A stretch of DNA of 63,711 nt, the filler included, from Reclinomonas americana ATCC 50394 (Eukaryota), in the NCBI GenBank assembly GCA_048213135.1. It is 13 parts of 13 records of this genome, joined end to end, with 100 filler letters (N's around TTAATTAATTAA, not from the genome) between each part and the next. Parts side by side here need not be neighbours in the genome. Positions count along the whole stretch, not along the records: positions 14,219 to 18,549 come from AFZH01022620.1; positions 18,650 to 21,932 come from AFZH01022622.1; positions 22,033 to 34,466 come from AFZH01022623.1; 10 more parts are not named here. One strand, written 5' to 3'. Below are positions 14,219 to 28,265 of this stretch, one piece after another (positions within the stretch are counted from its first letter, which is position 1; every line of letters begins with the position of its first letter). A model generated the notes under the pieces. That model was not told where the DNA came from. It did no database searches and was given only the letters and a program-made list of their open reading frames with translations. The position numbers and the translations under genes were made by a program.

Positions 14219-17200
14219 AACTGGAACGCGGCGTGGTGGTGCGTGTGTCATGCCCGCCTCTGTGCCGTCCCTGTTGCTCAACAAGCTTTCTTTCTTGTTC
14301 GCCAGCGGTTCGGGGCAATGAGGTGGACCGGATATTGGATTCGTCGCCGTCGTCGGTGCCGGTGGTCATCACCACCAAGAACATCAAAAAGGGTACTGTG
14401 CACCTGCGACGCAATGGGCGGCTGGTGGAGTTGTCCAGTGCTGCGGTGTTGAAGTTGGTCGAGGCCAAGACCAGTGTCGACGACCCAGCGAACGCCAGCA
14501 GCGCGCAGCCTCTGACGCCGGAGCAGGTGGTGCACATTACGCGCGCCCTTGTTGACTTTCCCGTGGGTGAAGAGCTGTGCGAGGAAGCTGGACGAAAGGT
14601 GTGCGCATTTCTCTTTTTCTCTCCCCTCTCCACCTCCCCCACTCAACGAACATTAGGGGCTGGTGTTCCTCACCCACTGCGGCATCTCGGCTTCGGCGTT
14701 CTCTCGCGGCATTAATATTGGAGATCGCTATCCGAGAGACTCAATTCTCCCGCGCTGGAAGGAGCAGTGTCAGGTGAGCGTTTTTTTCGTCACCGAATGC
14801 ACCACACGTTTTTGGTGTGTCTGACTCACTCTTCCGCAATAGGCATTTTTGTACGCGCGGTTCGCCTCTCTGGCACCAAAGAAGGCCGTGTCGTCTGCCG
14901 AATCTCGTGGCGAGGACATCGACACAGCTGCCGTGTCTCGTACAGCGGCCGCAGCAGATTCATCACCGCCCTCCGCAGCCACTAGTCCCGACAGCAACAG
15001 CATGTCGCTGTTCTCGTCCTTCCCATTCCACGTCAGGAATCCGCTCTGCGGCATCGACGGTGTCAGTTCGCGACCCGCGCACTCACGTTCCATCTCAGTT
15101 CCGATTGTACGCGCGGAGGTGTTGGCGGTGCAACCGAGACCACGGCGACCGCTGTGCGACATGGATGTGGCACGCCAGTTGGCCGGCTTGCCGGTGGAAG
15201 AGCGCGACTCGTCGCAATACGACGACGAATTTGTGGACGACGTCACGGACGACCTGCACACGGAGATGCTACCGTTTGACGATGCGCCGGTCCGTAGTCC
15301 GTACGACTGGAGTGCTGCGCCGTCGCAACTCAAAAGCATGGATTTCGAATGGGACTCTGGGGTGCGTTTTTTCTTCTCCCTGTCTCTGCCGCGTTGTACT
15401 TGTCATTCCTCATCTTCCCTTCTCTCTCTTTTCGCGCAGCGTCAACGCAAGTCGGCGCCCACTCTCTCGTTGTTCGACTTGTTCTCCAGTCAGACTGTGT
15501 CAGACCCGTCGTCCTTGTCCTCCTCCCTCGGGGATGACACGTCGACGGCTCTTGCTCTTGCCGATCAACGCCGCCACACCGTGCTCGTCAATTCTGCCTC
15601 CAGCGACCACATGGCACAGTCGGGCGATCGTCGACCAGACGGCCACGCCGACGACTTTTTGGCCAGTCTCCTCGGCGCAAATGATGTTGAGTTGTGGATT
15701 CTCACTCTCTCAAGAGATGCATGTTTGTCTGTCAGCTGACAGTGCAGCCGTGTGTGTGTATCAGGGTGCGGACACGGATCTGACGGACAGCTCCGGGCGG
15801 CTGTACGCGCGGCATGTACACCGGCGCTCCGGTTCGCTGGAGAACATTGCCGCGTCCCTCAACAGGTCGCGGGCCAGTTCTCTCCAGTCGTCTCTCTCAC
15901 TCGGTGGCTCCTCGTTGGCCTCTAATAATCAACAAGCGCCGGTCGGTGGTGCGGGTGACCCAGTAACTGTGCAGTTGGACACGGCATCGAGTGACGGTCG
16001 GTCACACGTCTTGCTGCTTGCCCGCTTTTGTCTGTCGCGATTGTCGCTGACCGCGCTTCAACGCAGGATGGAATGACTGCTCGCCGGCCGTGAGTACCGC
16101 ACCTTCGCGTGGCAACGGCGACGATGGAGACGGCGAAGTTGAATTTTCTGCATTCGAACGCGAAGTCTGGCAGCAGTTTGAGCAGGACTGGGAGAGCACT
16201 GCACCACCAGCACTGCCGTCTCCATTGACGATTCCATCACCGCCGCCACTGTCACTTGAGACGATGGCTGCGAGCACAGTTGCGAAGCACGCAATGTCGA
16301 CTGCTGTCCGCATCTCCCTCTCACACTCCAATGTTGCGCAGGCACCGGTTCTGCCGAGCGAGACTCCACTACCACTTCCTCAACTATCCGTTCCGGCGAC
16401 GACGACGACCCGTGTACATGTGCACCACAGATCCATCGACTCGATGTCGCAGTCGGCACTCGAGTCCACCACCGGCATGGCGGCCGCGTCCTCGTCCACC
16501 CGAAGTTCTGCGGGTCCATCGCCAACTCCCTCGACTGCGGTTTCGACAGCCGCGTCTGCCGTCGCAACGCCGGCCGGTTCACGCTCACCGTCGCCACCAC
16601 GCACTGGTGCCGCAACTGCACCTCAGCCGACGCCCACGGAAGACGAACAAACGACACCGTTGCAGGATGATGGCTGTGAGAGCGTGGCCGGCGACGTGCC
16701 AGTGCTGATGCAGAGCATGCCCGAGTCCCCTGTCGAACCGACGACGCACCATGCGCCCTTGTATTCATTGCCTGTGCGACGATCGACGCTGCTGGATCGC
16801 TCTGATGCGCTCATTGTGTCCGAGGTGAGCAAGACGCGTCTCCTCATCTGCATCTTCCCAGCACTCTCACACGTTGTTGCTGCCCCGCAGAGTGAAGACG
16901 ACGTTAGCTCGGCAGCCACCACGGCCTCTCTCAAGTTCTTCCCCGCCAGCGACGAGGATCCGCGCGATCCGTGGAGAATTATGCCGAACGAGTTGTACAA
17001 GCCATCTCCGGACGACAGCGACGGCGACACGTCGTCGAGTGAGCGCGTGGGTCGGAGTGCCAAGCGCACAGCTGTGCCGCTGCGCACACGTTCGCGTTCC
17101 TCTTCTCGGGGTCGCTCACGTACCCGTGCGTCTCTGCGACCTACGCGGAATGCGCATTCGCCGTCGCCAGGAAGGCTGCGTCCGGGTGCGATGATTGACG

Positions 17201-18490
17201 ACGGCGTGGACGACGACGACGACGGCGGTGGCGGCGATGATGTCGGTGGTGACGATACTGGCGGCGCTGGTGGCGGCAGTGGCGTGACGGTGGCGGAAGG
17301 TCGGGAATCGCCGCAACTGGCCGCCCGACCGCGCTACCGAGCCTACACCGATACGGTGGCCGAGCAGCGCGATCAAGCCGAGCGACAGCAGACCGCCATC
17401 TATGGCGATCATGGAACCACCACCTCCGTGTCTCCGCCGTCAGCCCCGACCGTGAAGGCCAATGTTCCACCGAGTCTGGCTGCTCGCTTGGCCAGTATTC
17501 CACCACCACCGCCGCCAAAGGTAAGATTTTTCCCGCTTTTATTCAGAAGTCTCGTGACCTGCTCACTCACTCATTACGTTCGCGTCTTTTTGCAGCCAAT
17601 GCTGGCACCGTCTCCAGAAGAGCACCAGGCGCTGATGGAGAGCTTCAACCAGGCGCATGCTCAGGCGTATGCACGGCTGCAGGAGCACGCACATCATCAA
17701 CATCACCGCCCACAGCACCACGTGTATGGCAGACAGCAGCACCAGCAGCATCACCATCAGCAACAGCAGCAGCAGCAGCAGCAGCAGCACCATCATCATC
17801 ATCAGCAGCAACAACAACAACAGCACACACAGCAACAACAGCAGCAGCAGTACGTGACTGCGATGCCGTATGCCTACGGCGCGCCTGCGGGCTACTACAT
17901 GTATGCGCCGAATTCACCGCCGCCAGCATCGTCGCCGGTGAGTCACATGGGTCGCGGCCGTGGGCAGCACCACTCGGCCTCTCCACCACCAGCACATGGT
18001 GGTGGTGGTGGCAGCAGTAGCAGCAGCAACGCGCGGCGACGAGCCAAAAGCGAGCAGCAGTTTCATCGCAAGCAGCAATCGTATCACCACTACAGTGCCG
18101 GCAGTGCGGTGGCCAGCCACCTACCCTTGTCTCCACCACCTCCGCCAATGCCGGTACCACTCTCTCCGTCTACGCCTTCATCCGCGCTCATGACGCCTCC
18201 GCCTCCACCCTACTGCTACTCGCCACCAACCGGAGTCGCCGCCCACATGGGTGGCTACTACGCGCCGCCTGGTGGTGCACCACCGCACTTTATGGTTGCT
18301 CCCGCACTTTCAGCGTCATCGCCGTCGCCACCACCACCACCACTACCGACGGTGCAGCCTTCCGTTGCGGGCTACGGTGCCGTGCCATCACACATGTACG
18401 CCGGATATACGACTACTGCAGTAATGGTATGCGGAATTGTGGTGATTTTTGGTTTGCATTTTCGTCTGTCGGCTTGTCTCACCACCCTGG

Positions 18491-18541
<51 letters not shown>

Positions 18542-18549
18542 GTCGTCGT
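14219..18549 (+). CDS. Large multi-exon low-complexity protein (Ser/Pro/Gln/His-rich), both ends truncated
   Basis: Chain of + ORF segments with GT..AG breaks; poly-Q/H tract 17700-17850; Pro/Tyr-rich tail. Confidence 0.6.
18494..18538. repeat. (CT)n microsatellite
   Basis: Read directly; at contig end. Confidence 0.95.
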
Positions 18550-18802
18550 NNNNNNNNNNNNNNNNNNNNNNNNNNNNNNNNNNNNNNNNNNNNTTAATTA
18601 ATTAANNNNNNNNNNNNNNNNNNNNNNNNNNNNNNNNNNNNNNNNNNNNACACAAAAATGCTATTGTTCATCCATGATCAGTGTAAGTACAGCAGGTGAT
18701 TAGAAAAACCCAAGCGGTGGGCCGCAGCGGTCAGTCAGCGTTGACGCGGAACACGGACGACGAAACCGACCGACGACGCTGTGCGAAGACCGAAAAAAAA
18801 TG

Positions 18803-21800
18803 TCAGCAACTCGAACACCACCACAGCAGACTGCGGTCTCGTCGAACCTCCAAGTCCTGCAACTCGGCGCGCCTCGGTGCACCCACATCGCCACCGTCAG
18901 CCGGTCGGTTCAGAGAGAGACCACGCACACGAGTGGCCACCGTGCCCACTGGTACGTCGGCCACCGGCAGACCAGCACTGCCGCGCGTTCCTCGTGGACC
19001 AGCCAGCAACATATCCATGGCAGTCATGGTCTCCGACACCACCACTGCCGGCGGCGTTGGCGACGGCGATCTGGGAGACCCGGTGACGGCGGTGGGGTCT
19101 GTCACCGACGTCGTCGATGACGTGGGCGACACGACGGATGGGTTGCTGAGGCGCCGTGGGGGCAGCGGCGGCACACCGTTGGCCCGCGGTGATGCATGCG
19201 TCGCTTGCGTTGCCGTCGCCACGTCGGGGACTGCAGTGGCAGGGCGGTCGACAGCCTGTCGTGCTTGATCACAACTGCACACAAACACGTGGGTTGCCAG
19301 CGACACACACATCAATCACAAGTGCAGCGCACAATACCTGTGGGCAATCTGGTGCAAGAGCGTGTCGAGTGTGCGTCGGAGATGCGCAGCAGCTGCATCG
19401 TCTGCAGCACGCCAATGAAAAGAAAGTGAAATTCCAGCCTCGATGGCTTGCGCGCATGCATCTGCTCGTCTCACCTCCAGCGATTGGTGTTGACGACGGC
19501 TGTTGGTGGTGCTTCGCCTCCTCGAGCTTCGCAACCAGAGCGTCCGCTCGCGCACGCTCCGCTTGGGTCTCTCCCGCATGCGAGTCACGTTCCTTCTGGC
19601 ACTGCTCCAGCGCCGCCGTCAGCTCGGCCACACGAGTGCGCTCCGCTTGCAACTCTGCTGCTCGTGCCGTGCGCTCCTTGTCGGTTGACGAGGTCAGGTT
19701 TTGGAACTTGATCTCCCACATCATCTTCTCGTCCATGAGGTTGACAAAGTCGGCGGCCGTCTCTGTCGTCTCGTTGCGTGCCACCTTCAACTGCTGCTGC
19801 AAATCCTGTGACGGCAGAGAGAGAGAGAGAGAGAGATGATGCGTCAGTGCCGTGTGCACTGCACTCTCCATCACCGCTTCTTCCCCACCTCAATTGTGCG
19901 CTGCTGTTCTGCGGCACTGGCCCCGGACGCAGCCTGCGATTGATGTGCCTCTGCCTCTGCCTTCAGTCGATCCACTTCAGCGCGTAGCGTCTGCAACACA
20001 CACGATTCTTAGCAGCTGCGCGAAGAGACTCTCCATTCCGTCCCACACTGCATTTTTAACAGACCTCATTGTCGGACTCCACATCGCTCATGGCTGCTCG
20101 CGTGTCCATCAGCTGCTGTTGCACAGCTCGTGAAGTCGACGACAGCTGCTTGTATTGCTCCTCAAGTTGCTCTGCGAAGCAACCGTGCATCTGCTGTAAG
20201 CAAAGGTCACGTCGTCACCCACATCATTGCCTTCCACGAAACTGTGTGCGGCTGTCTCCTGCTGCAGCTGCTGCTGCAAATGCTCGTCGGCACCGGCAGC
20301 TGTCGTCACAGTCTCCAATTGTGTAGTGAGCTGCGTGTCGATGAGTCCACGAGCGCAGCAGTGACAAGACGTCAACGGCGTGACAGTACGCACCTTGGCA
20401 TTGTCGGCTTTGAGACGATCTCGCTCCTCCTCCAGCAGCGCCGTCGTCTTGGCGTGCTGGGCTTGCAGAGTGTGCAGACCCTGTGCCAGTTGACCCAGTT
20501 CGCGAGTGTGTTCCACTGTGCGTAACAACAACAATAACAACAAAGAGAGTGCGTGACAGTGTCAGTAGTGCTCGGCGACTCATGGCAGACCACAGACGAC
20601 TGCGACGCACATTTGTTGTCTTCCAGGCTCTTGACGGCGCCTCGCAATTTCTCCACTTCAGCAGTCTTTTCAGCTGCTGCGCTCCGAGCTGACGATGAAC
20701 GGTGAGTTGAGGGAGTCGCGCTTGTGCATGCGGACGGCTAGACAAACCTCGCTCGAGATCGGCTTGCAGTTCCGTGACCTGGCGCTCGAGACGTGCACGC
20801 TGTTCACGCTCGGTTGCCAGGGAGGCCTCAAGGGCCGCGACAGCGGAGCTGTCCGCAGATTTTCCACCGGCAGCTGGCGCCGCAGTACCGTCACTCTCCA
20901 ATTCTCGTTGCTCGATTTGGCGTTCGCGCGCACGCAGCGCGGCGTGCATATCCGCCAGCTCCCTGAATGCCGTCGATTAGAAAACATGGCTTTCTCGCTC
21001 CCTCTCAAACACATGCATGCGCTCGCACACACACCTCTGACGTTCTGCCAGCAGTTCGATAGCCGGATCGTCGGAGTTGCCGACAGAGGCCAACTCGCGA
21101 CCGGCCTGCGCCAACGACCGCTCAAAATCAACCTCCTTTCGCAGCAGCGCTGTGCGGCGCTTTTCTAATGCGTTTTCGCGCTGGTCGAGTTCGCGTTCAC
21201 GAGTCTCGATAGCGGCCTCTCGCGTCTCCAGTCGCCGCTGACTGAAAACGTGCACACTCATCTTCAGTTCGTCGCCAATGGAGAGGCGACGATTGACAGC
21301 CTCCTCTTCCACACCCTGTGCCAGAGCGGCGTTACGAGCACGTCCCGCTGCCTTGCTGCCGCTGGAGGCCGACGATGCAGGTGGCGCTGCTGGTGTTGGC
21401 GTTGCGGCGGCTGCTTGAGGTGCAGTCGCAGGTACTGTCGCCGCCGCTGCTGCTGCTGCTGACAATGGCGGTGCTGGTGAGTCGAGCACCAGCGACTTGA
21501 CTTCTGTTGCTGCGTTCGTCGCCACCAGCGGCGTAGCCGGTGTGAGCGGTGGCGGCGGTGGCGTTGGGTCGGGTGAAATGAACTGTTGCTGGTGAACGTG
21601 CTGGTGTGGGGGCGTTTCCAGCACCGGTACAGCGTCGCTCGACCCTGCCGGTGTGCCGGGCGAAGTCGGCGACACGCTCACCACCTCCTCCTCCTCCTGC
21701 ACCTCCTGCCCCTCGCCCTCCTCCTGCTTCCTGCTCTCTTGCGCCTACACAGACAGACAGCAGTGAGTAAAACGACATCACAGGCGTCGCACCTCCTCTT

Positions 21801-21932
21801 CCCGCACACCCGACGCACCACTTCCGCAGCCACAGACGCCTCCGCCGCGACGTGAATCGTCTTGCTCTCCTGCACGTATGCATGAGACACTCATCCTCCC
21901 TGCTCCCTTGTCCAACGCACACACACCTCTGC
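18803..21932 (-). CDS. Pro-rich plus coiled-coil multi-exon protein; probably the C-terminal part of the SH3 gene in the next contig (3' end approximate)
   Basis: Heptad-rich exons (RRLETREAAIETRERELDQRENALEK; DLQQQLKVARNE); same strand as the SH3 exons across the gap. Confidence 0.65.
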
Positions 21933-22032
21933 NNNNNNNNNNNNNNNNNNNNNNNNNNNNNNNNNNNNNNNNNNNNTTAATTAATTAANNNNNNNNNNNN
22001 NNNNNNNNNNNNNNNNNNNNNNNNNNNNNNNN

Positions 22033-22382
22033 TGCTGCTGCGGGTGCGGGTGCTGGCGTCTCCACTGCCACTGGCAACGTTGGTTTGATCACGGGCGGCG
22101 ATGCAGTGACCGCCGCCACCAGCTCCACATAGTGCGTCGGCACGTATCCCTCTCCCGACTGCGAGATGGCCCACAACCAGCCTGTGCCCTCATCCTACAC
22201 ACATACACACACACGCAGTGGGCAACAGCACTGGAGCTGCTCACACAGTCACTCTCACTTATTACCTCGGTGGTGGGCAGACTCAGTGTCTCGCCTTCTC
22301 GCAGAGGCAATGCCGCCGGATCCGCACCGCCATCCCAATCATACAAGGCGCGTGCGCGCAGAAGCAACGCCGCCGAGCTCAT
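22033..22382 (-). CDS. N-terminal SH3 domain
   Basis: ARALYDWDG...LPLREGE...GWLWAISQSGEGYVPTHYVELV (ALYD, W, GxVPxxYV), one intron. Confidence 0.88.
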
Positions 22383-23113
22383 CACACGGAGAATTGATCG
22401 CAGGTTACCGCGGAGACCTCGAGCAGAAATTCACAGCAGGGTTTCACGGGGGGGGGGAGGTCGAAGTATTGATACTTTAAAAGAAATAATGCCCGGCATT
22501 CCGAAGCAAAAAGACATAATGCTGGTCGAGAAAAACATATAATGCCTCGCTGTAAAGTGCCTAGAAACGGCAGGAAACGTGGTTCAATTGCAAATTCGAA
22601 GCGGCTGCCTTTTTGTGCCTAGCATGAACGTGTTGGGGGACCTGACGCAGCAGCTACGTAGGTGACCAGGTTCTACAAGCGTCCGCTGTCCGAGGACAGT
22701 CGACAAGTTGGCTTTGGGGAGAAACAAAGCGTCGAAGTTCACAAGTCAATCTGTCTGATCGATATCGACGGAACTGTAATTCACCGCAGCCCTATTCTGG
22801 GGAGAAAAAATAGCGGCGCGCTCCGCGCGCAACACTTTCATAGAAGTGCTAGTCTTCTTACATAGAGAGGGGGGCGCGCGCGTGCAACTCGACCTTTACG
22901 GCTTCGACGATGTGAAATTACAAGTGTCGCGAAGGCTGCGCTGGTGGTAGACGCAAGCGGACGAGCGTTGGGGTCGCTTGGGCAGCAGGGGCCGAAAAGT
23001 TATAATTCCAGGCCAAAAGAAAAAATGCCGGTCCCAAAAGAAAAATTACTTTGTCCCCCACCCTTTCACGTTTCGTTGTGTTTGTGTACGCGAGTGGGGC
23101 AAATCACACTTTG

Positions 23114-26100
23114 ATGGACGAAGGCGACGCACCCTTGTCGCCCTCTGCGTTCTTTGACGCCGAGGAAGAGGAGGAGGAGGATGAGAGCTTTGATGGGAGC
23201 ATTGACGACGACGAGGAGGATGATGAAGGCGATGATGATGATGAAAGTGTGAGCGAGCTGCAGCAGCAGCAAACAGCAGAGGTCATTGATGTGGACGATG
23301 GGAGCGAGGGGAGTGAGGATGGCGATGAGTATCCGGAGGCCGATGCTGGCAGCGATGAGATGCGCCAAGTGTCGTCTGAGGGCGAGGAGGAAGAGGAAGA
23401 GCAAGAGCAACAGCAGGAGCTCGAGGAGCAGTCGGAGGCCGACAATGAGGGTGATGATGAAGATGAGGACGGCGAGGCGCAGGTGGAGACGATGGCGATG
23501 AAGCAAGCGTCGCCCAAAATGGTATGCCGCCGACACACACATTGCTCGTGTACACTCTCTCGCGCTCACTGCGTGTCGTCGTCTGCAGAGTTCTCGGTCG
23601 CCGGCGAGCCTGCAGCCAGTGCCGCACGACTCGCACCCACTGCCCATGATGCTGCTTTCGCCGCCACCACCACCGCCGCCGCCGCCTCCGCCGCCGCCTC
23701 CACCACCGCCGCCACCCGCACATTCCAGTAGTGATGATGTGTTGTCAGAGTCGCACGGTGGTGCATTTGGCGGCGAGCAGGAGCCGCAAGAGGAGGAGGA
23801 GGTGGTGGAGGAGGAAGAGCGCCACATGGTTTCCACTGGCGCACTGCAAGAGTCGTCGTCGTTGGCGTCGGCGGGCAGCGCGACTCCGTCGACACTCTTG
23901 TCGGCGCTCCAGCTCATGTCGCCGCAGACGCCCATGGCGCTCGACTCACCGTTTGTGTCCGCCAGTCGCCTGCGCACTCGTCAGCACCCTGCTGGCGGCT
24001 CCCCGCAGTTGTCGGCATCGGCGTCGGCACCAGCTGGCGACGGGCACGGTGGCGATTTGGCGTCGCCACTTCTGCTGCCGCGGTCGCCGCAACTGCGCGC
24101 CACCAAGAAGCGTCTGCTTGGCGTGAACTCGGACTCGGACGACGACAGTTCGAGTGACGCCGACTCGCGTGCCCCGGAGGAGAAGAAGCAGCGACACGAC
24201 ACGACGCCGGAGTCGTTGGCCGCCCCCGGTGCGCAGCTGCTGACCGACTCGAATCTGACACAAAGCACGCGACAGTGGGTCGCCGATGCCGAGGTTGGTG
24301 TCCCCCCATTTCTGTTGCTTATTGTTGTGCATTGTGCACTCACACGCACACATCACCAGATGTCACTGGACCGCAACAAGGTCGACGAGGCGGTGCGCAT
24401 TATTGATTTCATTTGCCAGCGCGAGCCCAATTACGTGCCCGCTCTGCTCGTGCGCACGTCCATCTTGCAGCGGCAGGAGAAGTTGGATGGTGAGGCCGCC
24501 TGCCTGCTGTATTTCTTGTGTAACTTCAGTTGCTCATGCAGTGCGGCAGAGGCGCTGGCGGTGCTGGATCGTGTGCTGGTCTTGCGACCGATTGAAGTGC
24601 GTGCACTGATCGGGCGAGGCGTGGTGCTGCGCAAGTTGCTGCGGTTAGAGGAGGCCGTTTCGGCACTCGAGCGTGCGCTGGAATTGGATCCCGATTCGAC
24701 AGCGGCAAAGGCCGAGCTCGCTGTGACATTGACCGACTTGGGAACTAATCGGCTCACTCACGGACTGCCAGAGGCCGGCTACCACATGTATGAGCGTGCG
24801 GTCGAGCTCGATCCGCAGTACGCACCGGCGTATTTCAACATGGGCGTCATGTTGCGTCGGATGCGCGCAGATATGAGTGTGTAGAATGTTTCCTCACGCG
24901 ATTTTCATGTGCAGGCTGTCGGACAGCTCCATCCCCGACGACGCGCAGCGGGCGTACGAAAAGGCAATTGAGATGAATCCGACCTACGTGGAGGCACTCT
25001 GCAATTTGGGTGTGCTGCACAAGAATCGAGGTTTGACGACGCGCAGCGCCTGCCTGCATACCCACCACCACCACCTCGTTTTTCTCACATTTTGACCGCA
25101 TACAGGAATGTTGGAGGAGGCGGTGCAGCTGCTGGAGCGCGCTCTGGTACTCAGCCCGCAAGTGGACTTGGTGCGTTCCAACTTGGCGTTGGCACTCTCC
25201 GATCTGGGTTCAGCAGTCAAGGCCAAGGGCGACGCGGCGCGCGCCCTGAAGCTCTACGAGCGCAGCATTATCGTGCTTCCATCGTTTGCGCAAGCGCACT
25301 ACAATATGGGCGTGTGGTACGCGGAGACGGGCGACTTGCAGAGAGTGCGCTATTGCTCCCCTTGACTTGGTAATCTTTTCGCCTCTTTGACTTTGACTCT
25401 TTTGTGCGCAGGCCACCATGTGCTACCGGCTCGCTGTGCAGTTTGCGCCGGACTACGCCGAGGCCCACAACAATCTGGGAGTGGTCCTCAAGGAGCAGGG
25501 CGACTTGCAGGGCAGCGCCGAGGCGTACCATCGGGCGTTGCGAGCGCACGTGCATCCGCAGACCCTCAACAATCTCGGCGTGCTGTACACTCTGCAAGGA
25601 AATGTTGCGTGGTGGCATCTCCTTGTACTCGCGTATTGTCACGGATTTCCATCACTCACTCCTCACGCAGTACGCCGAGGCTTTCCGCTTGCTGACCGAG
25701 GCTGTGAAACTGGATGAGACGTACGCTGACGCGTGGAACAATCTCGGTGTGCTCTATCGAGACGCAGGCCAGATCTGGGAGGCGATTCGCGCGTACTCGC
25801 GTGCCCTGCAGTACGATCCCGACAGCGAGACCGCTGGTCCGAATCGACTCATGGCCATGAACTGTTGCGTTGCTCTTTGTATCTCGCCACTTGTCAAGGC
25901 GCTAGAGGACTTTCTGACTCTTCCCGCACATGCAGACCTGGATGAGCTGTCAGTCAAGACCATTTTCGATGAGCACAAGGCGTGGGGCAATCGCATGATT
26001 TCGCGGTGCGCGCCGTGCAAATCGTGGCCGAATGCAGCATCGTGTGTGCCGTCGGTGGATGTGCGTCTCTCCTCGATTGATCTCCCTGCAGTCCAGGTCG

Positions 26101-26260
26101 CTCACGGTGTTGATGAGCAGGGTGTGTTGCCGTACGGGCGACCACTGGTAATTGGGTACCTTTCACCCGACTTTTTCACGCACTCGGTATCGTACTTTAT
26201 CCACGCACCACTGCGGTGCCATGACCGTTCGCAGTTCCGCATCATCCTGTTGCGTCATCC

Positions 26261-26332
<72 letters not shown>

Positions 26333-28111
26333 AGCGAGGAACAGACATGCTCACTCGTGCAACAGCTACTCGAATGTCCAATACCCCGACAAGAAGACCG
26401 AGATGTTCAAGTCGCTGGGTCACGAGTGGCGCGACGTTTTTGGCCGCTCGGCTGCTGACGTGTGCGACATGATTCGTGCCGATGGCGTCGACATTCTTGT
26501 CGATCTCGCCGGTCACACGGCGCTCAATCGCCTGGATGTGATGGCCAGAAAACCGGCACCTGTCAGCGTGACGTTGCGTGCTTCTCTTCCCCTCGCGCCG
26601 CTGAGTGATGCAGTGTGCCTCATACACAATGTTGCGCAGGTGGATTGGTTATCCGAATACCACCGGCCTCACCACCGTCGACTACCGCATTACGGATGGT
26701 GTCGTGGATCCAGAGTCGACCGAGCAGCCGTACACGGAGCGACTGTGGCGCATGCCGCGAGCATTCCTCTGCTACACTCCAATCGCCTCACCGCCACCTG
26801 TGTCACCGGTGGGTGCAGACTGAAGTGATGCAGCTCTTGACCCTCCCGCATTCATTCACTCTCTCTTGCTCGCAGGCACCGTATGTAAAGAACGAATTCA
26901 TCACCTTTGGCACCTTCAACAGCGTGGCCAAGATGACGCCACGCGTGCTGCGTTTGTGGAGCCGCGTGACGCTGTCGGTGCCGAAGTCGGTGCGTCGCGT
27001 GCATGCTGGTGACCGCGATCGTGTGTGTGTGGGAGTTGATTTGCTGACTCTTTGCGTTTGTTCTGTAGCGTCTGCTTCTGAAATCCAAGACCTTTGCGTG
27101 TGACAGCGTTCGCGAGCGCATGTGGGAGGCCCTGGAGAGCAGCGGCCTTCCGCGGCATCGCGTCGACCTGCTGCCGCTGCTGCCGGACGCCAAGGATCAT
27201 CTCGATTGCTATTCGTACCTCGACATTTCACTTGACACGTTCCCGTGCGTTCTCCGACAACTCCCCTCACTGTGTTCGTTTGGCTCTTCCGTGTGCTCAC
27301 CGAATGTGACACGCAGGTATGCTGGCACAACGACCACCACTGAGTGCTTCCTCATGAGCGTGCCGGTGATTTCGCTGCGCACGGCGTCGAATCACGCGCA
27401 CAATGTCGGTGCGTGAATGAGACTCACTCCTGTGATCTTCTTTGTATCCACCCTTCACTGATTGTCGAATACCAGGCGCTACTCTTTTGCACCATGTGGG
27501 CCACCCGGAGCTGATTGCCGACTCGGAGGATGAATATGTGCGGATTGCGTGCGAGTTGGCCAACGATGTCGAGCGTCTGCTGCGATTGCGTTCCACATTG
27601 CGGTTCGTGTCACACCATGTGTGCGCGTGTGGTCGGGTTCTGCGCGCTCATCATCACTGCAGCGACGAGTTCTTGGCCTCCTCCCTGTGCGATGCACCGC
27701 TGTTCACTGCCGATCTGGAGGACAGCTACATCCAGATGTGGTCCGAGTACCTGCAGCAGTGGGCATCGCAGGCTGACGCCGAACCAGAACCTGCCGCCAA
27801 TGGCGCAGTTCTCCACCTACCTCTCCGGCTACCCATGCCGCCTCCACCTCCTCCACCGCCGCCACCACCACCACCACCGCCATTGTTTTCGTCGCTCACG
27901 ACGCAGTCGTTCACGGCGGTGAAACGAGCACCCATCATGGCGCCATCGTTGCGTGTGCACACCACACACCACACATCGTGGGCGTTGTTCTTCACTTGCG
28001 ACTAACCTGCACTCGTGCACCAGACCCGACGACGACGTCGACTTGCTGTCCGCCGACTTTAGCAGCGGTGGCGGTGACCCGTTTCCACCATACGACGGCG
28101 ACCAACCATAG
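23114..28111 (+). CDS. SPY: SPINDLY-type TPR + GT41 glycosyltransferase (protein O-fucosyltransferase), multi-exon
   Basis: TPRs (YAEAHNNLGVVLKEQG); [79 protein letters not shown]. Confidence 0.92.
26262..26329. repeat. Intronic (TG)n microsatellite
   Basis: Read directly, inside a SPY intron. Confidence 0.95.
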
Positions 28112-28265
28112 ACAGAAACCCCCGCACAGAAAAAAAAACATAGCTAGTCATAATCCTCCGTCCATGAAGAAAAAAATCGTCACGGCGGACAAGTCCACTT
28201 CGTTTGTTGCAATCACCGACGGACGCCTGTGTGAGAGCATTGAAGACACAAGGAGTTCGCCTGTG

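Noticed and set aside
14355..14465. Anticodon-binding-domain-like segment (PVVITTKNIKKGTVHLRR)
   Set aside because: Resemblance too short to support without a profile search
22540..22640. tRNA or Pol III gene suggested by GGTTCAATT and a T-run
   Set aside because: No cloverleaf or A-box; lies in a divergent promoter region
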